Shown: piece by piece, positions 36,332 through 49,100 of the stretch
Position numbering within the stretch: position 1 is the stretch's first letter
Layout of the letters: each line of letters opens with the position of its first letter
From: Anthoceros angustus
Lineage: Eukaryota > Plantae > Anthocerotophyta
Assembly (NCBI GenBank): GCA_010909165.1
Contig: MU008161.1
Location: 1,054,001-1,118,000, forward strand
Direction: 5' to 3'
Length of the DNA stretch: 64,000 nucleotides
The notes under the pieces: generated by a model
Databases searched by the model: none
What the model was told of the DNA's origin: nothing
Seen by the model: only the letters and a program-made list of their open reading frames with translations
Made by a program: the position numbers and the translations under genes

Positions 36332-39300
36332 CTTGGCTGGCCGGTGCTCGGAGTTCCATAAATGTCCAGCTACCCGGCTGCTCTGCTACCTGCTCCTCCA
36401 CCGTTGTTTCCTTCTGCCAGATTCATCCACCTGTGAACCAAATGCAAACCCCCAAGCCCCTCCCCGCATCCCCCTCTCCTCATCCCCTCACATCCAACAC
36501 AATTACAAACTCCGCAGCCCAGCAGCTGAGGATCGCCCCGATTGGCTCCCCGCCAGCCCTTCTCCTCAGCCCAGAGCGATCTGCAGAGACAATGCAGGAA
36601 GGCCAGTCCCGAGGCGCTCCCAATCGCATCCAAGAAGAAAGGGACCAGGCAAGCCAGGCGCAGCCAGGGGGCGGGCTACCCTGCTATCTGCCTGCTCGCC
36701 GGCTGGCCCTGTCCGGGCTGCAAATCTCATGGCCCACACACTCTTTCTATAGAAAATGTGGTGCGCAGAAACAGTGGAACACACATGAACTGACGCCGAC
36801 GTCACCAGATCCCTTGGAACAAGTTGGAAGGTAAACTCGAGTTGTAGCAGGGTGGTAACTGGCGTGGGCGGCCCCTCCCCGTTCAATCATCTCGACTTAT
36901 TAATACTTCAGATCGCTTCTGTTGTGTACTGCAGATCAGAGAGAAGAGAGAGCGCAGGCCGCTGCAGCAGCTCGTCCGCCTCTTCATGCCCTTGCAGTTG
37001 CCATCATGTTCCGGCCAATAGCTGTCCTTGCATGCGTCTGTTGGCCGGGGCCCAGCTTCCAGAGCCTCATAGCACGGACAAGCTGCCCTCACGCCCCTTT
37101 TCACATTGCAAACTAAACATTTCATTTCCTTCAATCTCTTCATCCCTTCACTTCCCTTGCGAGGGACGCCTTGACCTGCCTCCACCCCACAACCATGCAG
37201 CGTTTATTACTGATGAGTGCACGGGACGCCGCCTGCAAAACTGACGGCAATTAAACCTCCGCGTTGAGCCTTTCATTGCGTAGCACATGGACGCTCTCAT
37301 GTGTACTTCCCCATTACAAGCTAAGAGATCGGGACTCCGGCGAAGGTCAGAGAGAGGCGGCATGTGCAGGGTCAGTGCAGGGCCCATCATCAGCTTTCTA
37401 ACACGGAGTGACTCCAGGATTAATGGAAATTCTGTACAGTACCTGCCTCTCAGAAGTCCGTCCCTTTACACAGATGCCATTTCCGTCTCCTGCCTGCCTG
37501 GCTGTCGCGGGTGGTAGTGGTGGAAGAGCCTCACCCCATGTACATATGTACTGTGAACGACATGCCTGTGCTGTCGTGTTCTTGAAAACCAAAAGGAACA
37601 GTCTTCTGCGGTACACGAGGCCCTTGGTCAAAACACGCTTCTCCTGTGATTGTGACAGGAAACAGGCCAGTCCAGGGGTACAGAAAGTTTGAAACCACAA
37701 ACAATAGTTCAGTTCGCCCTCTCTGTGGCCTGCTGCGCTTCACCTACCCGTCTCGCTAGCCAGTGGCCACCACCACTCCCAGATTGTGACCCATTTGCAG
37801 GCATATGTATGTATCATGGAAATGGGCAAACTAGTATCTCGGTAGTGCCTATGCACCATCATGATCCATGTGGCCCTATGGATTGTCCGACATGCTGGAC
37901 ACGACACGCCATGTTCTCATATCAGGGACAGTGCCCAAGTAATCAATAAGACGTCGTCAATGACTCTTGGAAGCACCATCACCATCATGTAGGATTGTTG
38001 TCGCCAAAGATGCCCCCGTCGCCAACGGTATACCGCTCGAATCAGCCATCCAAAGCCCAACCGATCTGGAACCACAGGCACGCCGTTAGTAATCGAGGCC
38101 GCAAAGGAATCTAGACATGCTTTCTGACCCAAGAACCCGTTTTCCACACCCTAAGGAGAACCAGCATCCGTGCCACTCACCTGACACCGCCCGCCTCTAG
38201 TTGTTCGCTTGTAATTAACAAGCATTCTGGTGTCTCTGAATCCACCCTTCAAACCGTCAGAGTGTGACGGGTAATTCTGCAGGTCAAACAGCCGCGCACA
38301 TGACAACCTCAGCTCAGTAGTGAAACTTTCTGCTCGGCAGCTAACATGTGAACCGCCTTCTTAGAGTGAAGCCCTTACTAACAGACGAAACAGCTCAAGA
38401 TTTGAAGATCGAACACAAGGACGGTGAACTCTAACCAATTAAGGATGGTCTCTTTCTATTGCAGCAACAAGCAGACACGTTAGATGAAGTCAGTGGCTCT
38501 CAATGTGAACAAGCTGATCCAATCATCGATTGCAGGCAGCAAATTCATCATCTTCGCACAGCGGACTTCACCACGTGAGCACACAACCGTCATGCTTCAT
38601 CATAACAGCGGCAGCTCACTGACAGCACACTTCTCTTGTAAACAACAGTCACCTCTCCATTGAGACTTGTTGTTCCCAAGGGAGGAAGGGCTTCGGAAAT
38701 CCCATGATGTGCAAAAGGAGATTCCCTATTGAAGTGGCCTTGTTCCTCCTCGAAATGTTCCACTGGCAGGACTATTACCACTGCTTCTGCAAATGCTATC
38801 CTCAAGCAAAGCTCTGACCAGAGAGTGAGTTCCCTGCAAACCAAATCAGAAAGAACAAACTTTGTCTTGCCCTGCCCAAAGCTGCCTCCCAGCTTCAGGA
38901 GAAGAGTATGGCTCAGGCATCATGGCTCAAAGGGCTGGCAGCATCAGCTGCATAGATATCGCATGCAGATGTGCAAGCAACAGAATTTGGGACACACGTT
39001 AGCAAGCTAGATATTCCAACCGAGAAACCTGATGAGCAAGACTTCAAGGGCCTTAGGGTTATGTTTCCAGTAAATTGTTCACATCCAATAATCCAAATGT
39101 TGTCAATTACTACATACAAGAAAAAACTATATACTCCCCTATCTACTCCCCTATTTACTCCCATCTTCTCAGGTGCCTCACAAACTATGCTTGCGACCTT
39201 AAGATGGTAACAGAGATTTGAATTCAGCACTGATGAATCAGTGGTTAAACCTTCTGCTTTCTGTACAGACCATAAATTGAAATCTCTCCAGCCTCACGGA

Positions 39301-39804
39301 TCAACTGGGTGGCCATTCAATACCAGAGCTAATCGGAGTAAGCTTGTCACAGAACATGAGACGTAACCGTGCTTCTACAATCTCACCTCCAACAATGAGC
39401 CATAGCCTTGTTGCCTCTTTCAATCCTCATGAGGCAGTTTCAGCATACTGCAATTCACACATTGAAGCTAACTCAGAAAGGATGGTGGGCATCAGACAGC
39501 ATCCTGATCTACCCGTATGAAGCGGAGGCCAAGCACGTCAAGTGATAGTTAAATTCAACTACCCACTGACGATGAACGTAATGCCACTTCCCCACTTACA
39601 TGTCAGCATTGCTTGTAATTGGATGCAGATGTCATGCAGTCTGCAGCGTTGTCACTGGTAAGTTGACAACTCTAGGATCTTGAGAGCTCTGTGCGATATC
39701 CACACCAACACCTGCTGCACCAGCCACGGCTTAGAGACTATCTCCAGAATATGATTACCATCCTCAGCTGCTGTCCACTTTTCACCACGTTCCAATAACA
39801 AGAT

Positions 39805-42800
39805 TCACCTCAATGCCACCAATGAAAAGATCATTTCCGGAAGCAACAAAGAATCTGGACCAGCCTTACCAAAATTCAAATGTCTGGCATCCTCTCCAAT
39901 GGCACCGCATGATGCATCATCCTCAAGGACCTCCACAGGCACCTCATCTTCTACCAGTGGCAGGTAGCCATCACTGTCTTCACTTTCTGTATTGTCAAAA
40001 CAATCCCCCTTGGGCAAATGATCTGCAGAACTTCCTGCATCCGAGGCTTTATCAGCATCCACATCTGTGCTTAAGTGCTCACCAGCTGCAACTAGGCTCT
40101 CATTATTGGTTAAAATCACAACATTCCTTGTCTCTTCACCATATCTTGAAACATTCCCTGAACTGCCACCTAGCACAGTCTCTGCTGAACTCTCAACCTC
40201 ATACATCTTGTCAACCATCAGACCAGTCACTGCTTTGCCAGCATTCAGACCGTTGTCAAAAGTAACCAGAACCTCATCTTTCTTTTCAACATGAATGTAA
40301 GGAGCAGCCCCAGCCTCCTGCTCACCATGCACACTAACTCCCAAGTCCACACAGTCTCCAGGACCTGCCACGTCATGGTTCATGTCTGACAGGTCCTCAC
40401 ACAGATCATGCAACTCCTCATCCTCATCAAATAGACTATCACAACGGCACATTTCCTTACATATCAGCGTCATTTCGTCATCTAAGGGTTGCTCACTCTC
40501 ATCAGAGGCTTCATCAAGTAGGATGGTGTCACCAGAGGATGCACTGTCGTCCTCAGAAATGGTTCCACCAGACAAATCCTCATGTGCATGCAAGTCTCTA
40601 GTTCCACCAGAACTAATTCCAACAGGTCCACCCCAAATACTTACCGCATTGCCTTTTACCACAAACTCTTCAACATCCATAGGAACCTCACCATCCACAG
40701 ACGTATCAGCTTCTATGGATACTCCACCACCTGCTATCACCTCAGCCTGAAGGGATATTTCGCTAGATGACTTACCTACATCCTTAGAATCACCACTAAA
40801 AGTAGCCACACTCTTGTCTAGGACTTCTCTAAGGGATAATTCTAGACACTCTGCAGTGCCATCCTCCTTCACATCTTGCTCAAGCCTACACGGGAATTTC
40901 ACAAGCAAATCCGAATCACAGTTTTGAATTCTCTCACCGTGATACGCAATATCATCCTCAACATGTCCCATCACATGCAAACCCTCCTCATCAGTCAAAA
41001 GGTCCTCATAATCTAGTAGCTCCAAACAATCTTCACAGTCAAAAATCTTGTCATCGGCTGGAGCATTTGCTATATCTATGGGGACCTCACACGTCAAGAC
41101 ATTCTGAACAACTACGAGCTTCTTACACGAGTCCACCTCTTCATCATTCCATTCATCCTCACTATCTATAACTTGCTCCTGTGGTAACGTTCCTACATCA
41201 GCACGCTGCACGCTTGCGCATAGATCTTGCTCTATGGGGTCCTTACTTATGTTTACTTCTCCTCGCTGACTTGCTGGAGTTGTCTCCTCCACAATCTTGG
41301 GCTGCAATGAAGAGCTTGCACCCAATTGTTCCGCCTTTGCACCTTCACTGTCACTATGTCCAAGGAAACGTACTGAGTCTTCCTTTCCGCAGTTGGGAGC
41401 TGTACATTCTTCATTATCCCCCACTACCTGTACATGAGCAGGACTACTAGTACCCTGCTCTTTTCCCTCTACCTCCTGCTCACCCTCATCAAGTCTAGAA
41501 GATACTTCCATTGGTTTGGCTGATAGCTCCATTCCAATGCTGGTACTGAAATCTAGCGTGCCTATTTCAGAGCCGCTATCATCCAGCCGCGGTTTTTTTG
41601 ATTTTTGTTCTTCGACCTCCAGCTCATTGCTGCTACTTTTCTTGCCCAGGTCTGATCCCTCTAGACCTGCAAACTCAGATCCACTGACTTCCTCCATCCC
41701 CTGCGGGTCCGAGGCAGAGGATGCTCTTCCTCTGCTCCCATCCAAATCGCCGTCCAGCTTTTGCAGATGCCTCTTATGCCTTTTCCCCGCGATGTGCTGC
41801 TGCAGCATCTCTTCCGTGTTGCACTCAACTTGACACAGTTTGCACCACCCCGGCCCTCCCGGTCCGAGAGTCGATGGTTGCTTCCTCTTAGACTTTCCGG
41901 CAGCAGCACCCTGCCTCGACAACGCGGCCGGTGGAGGTGACGCCAGTCTCATCCGTCCCTTCTTGCTACGAAACTTCTGGCGAACAACACCAAAGACGCA
42001 GCCTCAGTGCCCGTCATGACACACGCTCTCTGCGACAACACAAATGCAAGTTGCAACAACTTCTCACCTCCATCTGCCGAGGCTCGCGTTCACGATGCCG
42101 ATCTCTCTCTCCCTCCCTTTCTCGCACACGACTTCGAGGCCGCTCCCGCTCCTGCCCTCGCACTCGATCTCGCTCCCGAGGCATGTACTGCGGCCGAACA
42201 ACAACCGCAGCGGACCGAGGGTGTTGATACCTCTGCGGGATGCTGTTCTGCAGCAAGACATGATGCTGATGCTGGGGTGCTCCATGATTCACAAGAATGT
42301 GAGCCTGGCGATGCTCCGGGGCAAATCCTCGGGACAGCATGTGGGAGCCGGCTGCTGCTCCCATGTTAACCAGCGCTTTGTGCCCCGGCATCGGATGCAT
42401 CACCATGTGCACCGGGTGATGGCCGTCAAAGCCGGGCTGCGCCAGGGGAGCCCGCATATCCATCAGCCCGTGCCCGCTGTGCGCAATTACAGCCTGCGGC
42501 AGCACGGCCGTGGCTCCCTGCAGCGACTCCACAGTGTAGAAGCCCTGGCCTGAGGAGAGGCTGGGGATAGGTCCAGGGCCCGGCCCCGCTGCTCGCCCTC
42601 CTCCTCCTCCTCCCCGCACTGCTCCGCCGTGGCCGTGCCCGTGGCCGTGCCCGTGCCCGTGCCCGTGCCCGTGCCCGTGCCCGTGCCACGCCACCATGTA
42701 GGCATTCAGCTGCTCCGGGGGCATAGTTGCGGCCGCCTGCGCCAGCTGCGACCGCATAAGCGCCTGCTGCTGCATCACCAAGCGGCTCTGCTGCCTGGGG

Positions 42801-42820
42801 TCCATCCTCCTCCTGTTCAT
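39805..42820 (-). CDS. U1/matrin-type C2H2 zinc-finger protein with Gln-, His-Gly- and Arg/Glu-rich N-terminus and a long acidic region
   Basis: Exon 1 (42820-42068, donor GTGAGA) joins exon 2 (from 41976) in frame. Zinc finger WCKLCQVECNTEEMLQQHIAGKRHKRHL at ~41847-41765, within a 715-aa open frame. A possible GTGAAT donor overlaps the stop, so further exons toward ~38590 are possible. Confidence 0.75.
42626..42685 (-). repeat. Coding hexanucleotide microsatellite encoding (His-Gly)10
   Basis: (CACGGG/CACGGC)x10 on the minus strand, in frame in exon 1. Confidence 0.9.
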
Positions 42821-43999
42821 CTGATCCTCTTCCGCTGCTTCTCTTCTGCAGAATTGTGGTGCCCACGGGTATCAATGCAGCATCCTGAGCTAATCCAGCA
42901 CGCGGCAGTCCTGGTAATTCCACCCGCTTGCACAAAACGGCAGCCGGATCTCTGGCAAGCGTGGAAGACGCAGAAGCGGGTTATCGAGAATCTTGGATGG
43001 CTGGCTATCGGCGCTGATGTCTTGGCGCCCGCGACTTCAGTGCGCTTGTGTGCGCGCTGTAACGCCCTTTCCGCCAGCAACTACCAACTGAACACTCGCT
43101 TCCGCGGCTCGTTTCTGCTCGAGCGGGAACTTCCCGTTTTGCATTAGGTACCCCACTTGTTAAATTTATGTGCTCAACAGGGGAGACGCGTCACAGACTA
43201 GGTCTGTATACTTATTTAATAAAGAGAGCGGACTTATTGATTAAGTAGAGATGGGACGAGCCCATCTACATCTTAGGGAGACCTAGCAAGAAGAGCAACT
43301 AAGCTCATGTCTGAAGCTCCCCAATTGCAGACATATGATCAAAGAGTAAGTAGAGATAATTAAATATTTTAACATTATTTATTAGCCTATAGTTTCATGA
43401 CCACATATACAATATCATGGAAATGGAAGGGGCTATTTATCATTGGGTTTTATTCAATAAAGTATAGTTGCTTGATTATGTCATCCACAACTTTGGTAAT
43501 GTAATAATGAAGAAGAGTCTACTTCACACTAGGTTATATTCAATAAAGTGTATTTTCTTGATTATATCATCCACAACCTTGGTTGTGTAATAATGAAACA
43601 TATGTGTCATTTTCTGCAAGTCAACCGGGTCCCAATAGGTCTTACTCCAAAATATGTGCCATTTTTCTTTTTGTTGACAAATGATGGCTTCTACTTAGGA
43701 ATAGATAAGAAGAACGAATATTGTTGCTCATTGCTATTTGATGCAGATTTTTTTCAAGAGCTTCATCTAGATATCCGGAAGATTTAGAGGTAATTACCAA
43801 GGAACCACAATATCGACCCCATTTTTGGTCACTTCATACTCCCTGAATAAGATCTAACGCCCGAAACTACAAGTTTTATAATGGTGACGAAGGTCTTACA
43901 CACCCACAAGACAGCAACACTTGTTCACAGAAGCCAAAGTATCTGCAACATAGCGACAAAAGCCGTTAGCCTTGTTCTACAATAAAGTGATAGGCATCT

Positions 44000-46420
44000 T
44001 TAAAGAAAAAAGTTTGCAGATTACCTTGAGCAAATTGGATAGGCATTAACGGGGATGGTTAGGGCACTCCGCCTCTCCAAGGGTGTTGGAGCCCATCCGG
44101 TACCGTGCCCCTGACCCTCCGTCCTGTCCACCACAGCTTTTAGTCGAGGCACTCCACTGCGCTGGTTAACCAAAGTTGCACACGCTCAGCCATGTCTTGA
44201 TGTCAGCCTCTCTGGCTAGCTCCTCCACCTTCCGGCAATGCTCCTTCTCTAGACCATACAAATCTTGAAGTTGTTGCCCTAGGTGATTCACCAACGCACG
44301 CCGTAGATCATGTATCCTCCACTACCAACTAATGATGCGCTCTTCCATCTCCTGTAAGGTTTTTTGAATATCGAACGCCACTTCCCCAAGCCGTTGCTTC
44401 TCCTCAGTTAGCAAGGCTTTGTTGCTAGCATTAGACGTGTCCCCAAAGCAAGCACTGGTGGCCCTTCCCGCCTCACGCAAGATGCTCAATCAGGAGCTCT
44501 TGTAGCTCCGTCTGCTGAGTCAAGGTTCCCACACATGTCGCACATAGAACGCAGGTTCATTAGGGGTGACACAATGTTCACTGAACCTAGCATAGTTGTA
44601 GCAGGACACCACACCTAATGTGCCATGTGCCACAGACAGGGATGCCATGTGCCACAGGTGATACCCTAGCATGCTTTAGGCATCTCCAAACCTGAACTGG
44701 TGCACATCAACCTATCATAAAGGCATGCCAAGTGACACCCTGTGTTACCTGGCATGACTGCAGGATATAAAATCACAGCACGAACACTCGATGGAGCGGA
44801 TCGAGTGATATAGATTGTGACCAAGGTCCACTCTAGAAATCAAATCTCACAAGCATAAAGGCAACCGACCTTGCACTCCACTCACTACTACAACAAAACA
44901 CAAGGTGGTATATACCCTGTTCCCTAGGGTCAGTGCCCTTATGTACCACGAGATCAGCTTGCTGCGACGCTCCATCTCCAAGCAATCCAGCTGCCTTGAC
45001 CTTCTCCAGCCTTTTCTCCTCCCGTGTCTTGGCATGCTTCTCAATGCCCTTCTGCGCTGCTATCTTGTACTTGTTCCAGTCTACCATAACGCCTTCCACC
45101 TTCTCCATTACAATACCAAGGCACATAAGGCGAGGGATCCTTTTGCCATCTATGGATGGTGTGGCGCGACTTTCGCTGACGGCCAGCCGGGCGCGCACAA
45201 TCCCGTGTCGTTGTAGTAAGGGGTTCGTTCCACAGGGAATGGACTCGTGCTTATTCTGCACTGCCTACAACCTATCGCCTATCCGGACTTCATCATGTTG
45301 GGTCGGCTCCACAACCCTAAGTGTGTGCCCTCCACAACTCGTCGGACCAGACGCGCCGGACCTTCCCACAAACCCCCGGGTTTCTTAGTACCGGAGCGAC
45401 GCGTTCCTCGTAAGTCGTACTCTAGCGCTCGCTCCTCAACTCGTCCGGCCACAACTCCACCTCAACACACACGCCGCAACGCGACCCTCCTCCCTTATCC
45501 ATTCCCAGCTAGTAGTCACAACACCATCACGCCGATGTATTCACACCAGGCCGCCTTTGCCCATTCCTGCCGCTTCACGCTTTTGAGAAGTAGCCGTAGC
45601 CTGCAACCCCAGCCTCCGTTTCGAGGATGGCTTCCGCCAGCAGTCACCCCAAGCGACTCCTAATCCCTCCGATTGCTTCACGCTTATGGAGAAGTAGCCA
45701 GAGCCTGCAACCCCAGCCTCCGTTCCAGCCTCCGTTCCAGCCTCCGTGGATGGCTTCCGCCAGCAGTCACCCCAAGCACCTCCTAATCCCTCCGATTGCT
45801 TCACGCTCATGGAAAAGTAGTCACCTCTGCAACCACGTACCTCCGCTCCAGAGCCTCCCAAGGTCTGACTCCGAAATCACCGAGCACTTCCGAGCTTAGC
45901 TCCGACCCCGATCTGCACCCATCAAGCGTGTTGATGGAGCTCGTCACTAGAGCTCTAACACATCCTCTACCACCAATTAATCCCGCACGGTGACACAGAA
46001 CTCACTCCGCTCCTCGAGCACCAAGGCAAGAGCATACGAGCGCCAAGATGGTACCTGTGATAGTCCCCCGCCTAGGCGCCTAGGCCTCCTTATACTTCCC
46101 CCACACCCTAGTCTAACCCCCCTCTGTATGTACCCTAACCCCGCTATATATGTACCCTAACCCTGGGTCGTGGTAACCGCTAGGACGTAGCTCATCATTC
46201 CGTCGGACTTCTTCCACCACCGCTTCCCGCCAAGCAGATTCGGGTCTATGCACGCTAGGTGCATCACTTCCATCCAAAATTGGGAGTGATAACACTTGTA
46301 CATGGTGGTAAAACGGGTTTTTTAATCCGTTTCACATCGCCTTAAAATATCTCGGTTTTGGGTGTAAGCGTGGTCCGTGGGTTTAGTTATGGCTTACGCG
46401 CTTTGTGGAAGTGGAGCGAG
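44000..46420 (-). pseudogene. TE-like ORF interrupted by a solo LTR
   Basis: Removing 45162-46302 and one TSD copy restores KRIKKPVLPPSIDGKRIPRLMCLGIVMEKVEGVMVDWNKYK in one frame. Coiled-coil-like remnants lie at 44200-44450. Confidence 0.55.
45162..46302 (-). mobile_element. Solo LTR (~1.14 kb)
   Basis: TG...CA ends with TSD TGGTG at 45157-45161 and 46303-46307. The left boundary could instead be 45160. Minus-strand TATAAGGAG at 46086-46094. The 72 bp from 45160 match the end of the 12953 element at 68/72 positions. Confidence 0.7.
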
Positions 46421-49100
46421 ATAAAGGTGAGGTTACTGTGTTTGTGTGGGGTTTGGTCCGTAGATGGGGGAATGCACGTGTGAGAATGGGGGAAGTTGAT
46501 GGTGGTGTTGGAGAATGGCGGGGTTGGTAGTGATGTGGGAGGCGAGTTTTGCGGTGTGGGAGGCATGCTGCGGCGATGTGGGAGGCGTTGATGGGAGGAG
46601 GTAGGAGGGTTTAGGGTGGGAGGAGGTGGGAGGATGAAGGTGTGGGAGGAGGTGGGATGGCGCCAGGTGGGGAGGGCGGTGGAGGTGTTGGAAGGCGGCT
46701 TAGGGTTGACCTTGCTCACGGATGTGACATGTCCTTGCGGACTTTGGCCCGATGATCTGGGTGGCCGAGGTGGAGATGGCGGGCCTTTGCCTCGCAGATC
46801 GAGTTCGGCCTCGCAGCCCTCGTGCTCGCCCCATCTTTTCCGGCCGGTAGTGGCCGCGGCATGGCCGTGTGTAACGGCGATAAGCGCACGTCGCCACCTT
46901 CCAAAGATCGCCGTCGAACATGCGTTGAACATACGGTCGCCCCTCTTGTGGTGAATTGGGAGGAGGTAGGAGGGTTTAGGGTGGGAGGATGCAGTGTTGG
47001 CTTTGGTGGAAGTGGACTCGTCGCTCGGGTTGATTGGACTTTTTTTGCAGCTTGCCAACTTGAATGGATCCGTCACCGCCTGATGGACTCATGAGGCACG
47101 GAAGGTTGTCATTGCTTCGATGTAAGGAAACAAACGCCTTGTGCACTTAACAGCCAGATTCACATTGATTTCTGGACATGGTGATGGTAACGTGATGCGA
47201 CCTGATTGGGCTAATCATGTCCTGTTTGGTTTTCCTGTAGAGTGAAGGCCATCTGTAATCATGGAGTGGATTTGGGGCAATCTGTGTGTAGTCGCCCCTC
47301 TTGTGGTGAATTGGGAGGAGCAGTGGCACCTTTGCCCATTCTGCCGCTTCACGCTTATGGAGAAGTAGCTTAGCCTGCAACCCCAGCCTCCGTTCCAGCC
47401 TCCGTGGATGGCTTCCGCCAGCAGTCACCCCAAGCGACTCCTAATCCCTCCGATTGCTTCACGCTCATGGAGAAGTGGCTTGCACTGCGCTGCATGCCTC
47501 CGCTCCAGCCTCCGTGGATGGCTTCCGCCAGCAGTCACCCCAAGCACCTCCTAATCCCTCCGCCGCCCACGCTCATGGAAAAGTAGTCACCTCTGCAACC
47601 ACGTACCTCCGCTCCAGAGCCTCCCAAGTTCTAAGAGTGAGAAATCACCCGCGAGCACTTCCTGAGCTTAGCTCCGACCCCGATCTGCACCCATCAAGCG
47701 TGTTGATGGAGCTCGTCACTAGAGCTCTAAACACATCCCTCTACCACCAATTAATCCTGCACGGTGACACAGGAACTCACTCCGCTCCTCGAGCACGGAA
47801 GGCAAGAGCATACGGAGCGCGAAGATGGTACCCAGGATAGTCCCCCCAGTCTAGGGCGCCTAGGCCTCCTTATACTTCCCCCCACACCCTAGTCTAACCC
47901 CCCTCTGTATGTACCCTAACCCTGCTATATATGTACCCTAACCCTGGGTCGTGGTAACCGCTAGGACGTAGCTCATCATTCCGTCGGACTTCTTCCACCA
48001 GCTGCTTCCCCGCCAAGCAGCAGATCTGGGTCTATGCACGCTTAGGTGCATCACTTCCATCCAAAATTGGGAGTGATAACTTGCTAAGTACATGGTGGTA
48101 AAAACGGGGTTTTTTTTTTAATCCGTTTCACATACGCCTTAAAATATCTCGGTTTTGGGTGTAACTGTGGTCCGTGGGTTTAGTTATGGCTTACGCGCTT
48201 GCTTTTGTGGAAGTGGAGCGCGAGATAAAGGTGAGGTTGACTGTGTTTGTGTGTGGGGTTTTGGTCCAGTAGATGGGGGAATGCGTGTGAGAATGGGGAA
48301 GTTGATGGTGGTGTTGGAGAATGGCGGGGTTGGTAGTGATGTGGGAGGCGGGGTTTTGCGGTGTGGGAGGCATGCTGCGGCGTGGGAGGCGTTGATGTGG
48401 GAGGAGGTAGGAGGGTTTAGGTGGGAGGAGGTGGGAGGATGAAGGTGTGGGAGGAGGTGGGATGGCGCCAGGTGGGGAGGGCGGTGGAGGTGTTGGAAGA
48501 CGGCGGCGGCTTAGGTTGACCTTGCTCACGTGATGTGACATGTCCCTTGCGGACTTTGGCCCTGTGGATCTGACCGCCGAGGTGGAGATGGCGGGCTTCC
48601 TTTGCCTCGCGCATCGAGTTGGCCCTCGCCTCGTGCTCTGTCCCATCTTTTCACGGGTAGTAGGAGCAGTGACCGTGTGTAAGCGGCGATAAGCGTGGCC
48701 GTCACCACCTTCCGACGCCGGGAATCGTTGAACATGATTCGCCCCTCTTGTCTTGAATTGGGAGGAGGTGGGATGGCGCCGTGACGTAGAGCAAGGTACA
48801 GGGTTTTGGCTTTTTGTTGGGGAGTGACCGTCCTCACAGATGTGGTGGAAGTGGACTCGTGCTGATCGGGTTGATTGGACTTTTTTTTGCAGCTTGCCAA
48901 CTTGTATGGATCCCGTCACTCTCTGCCCGATGGACTCATGAGGGCACAGAAGGTTGTCATTGCTTCAGACAGAAGGAAACAAACGGCTTGTGCACTTGAC
49001 ACTGCCAGTTCACATTGATTTCAGTGGACATGGTGATGGTAACGTGATGCAGCACAGATTGGGCTAATCATGTCCTGTTTGGTTTTTTTTGTAGAGTGAA
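45555..49100. repeat. ~1.75-kb tandem duplication (partial LTR plus flanking TE sequence)
   Basis: 45555-47305 is re-copied at 47308-49100, for example CTAGAGCTCTAA at 45948 and 47719, and CCAAAATTGGGAGTGATAAC at 46274 and 48061. Confidence 0.85.

Noticed and set aside
43198-43290. Helitron 3' end (hairpin AGATGGG-ACGAG-CCCATCT plus CTAG)
   Set aside because: The spacing and the base after CTAG do not fit on either strand, and there is no Rep/helicase remnant.
46125-46165. Telomere-like CCCTAA words
   Set aside because: Only two or three scattered hexamers inside an LTR; not an array.
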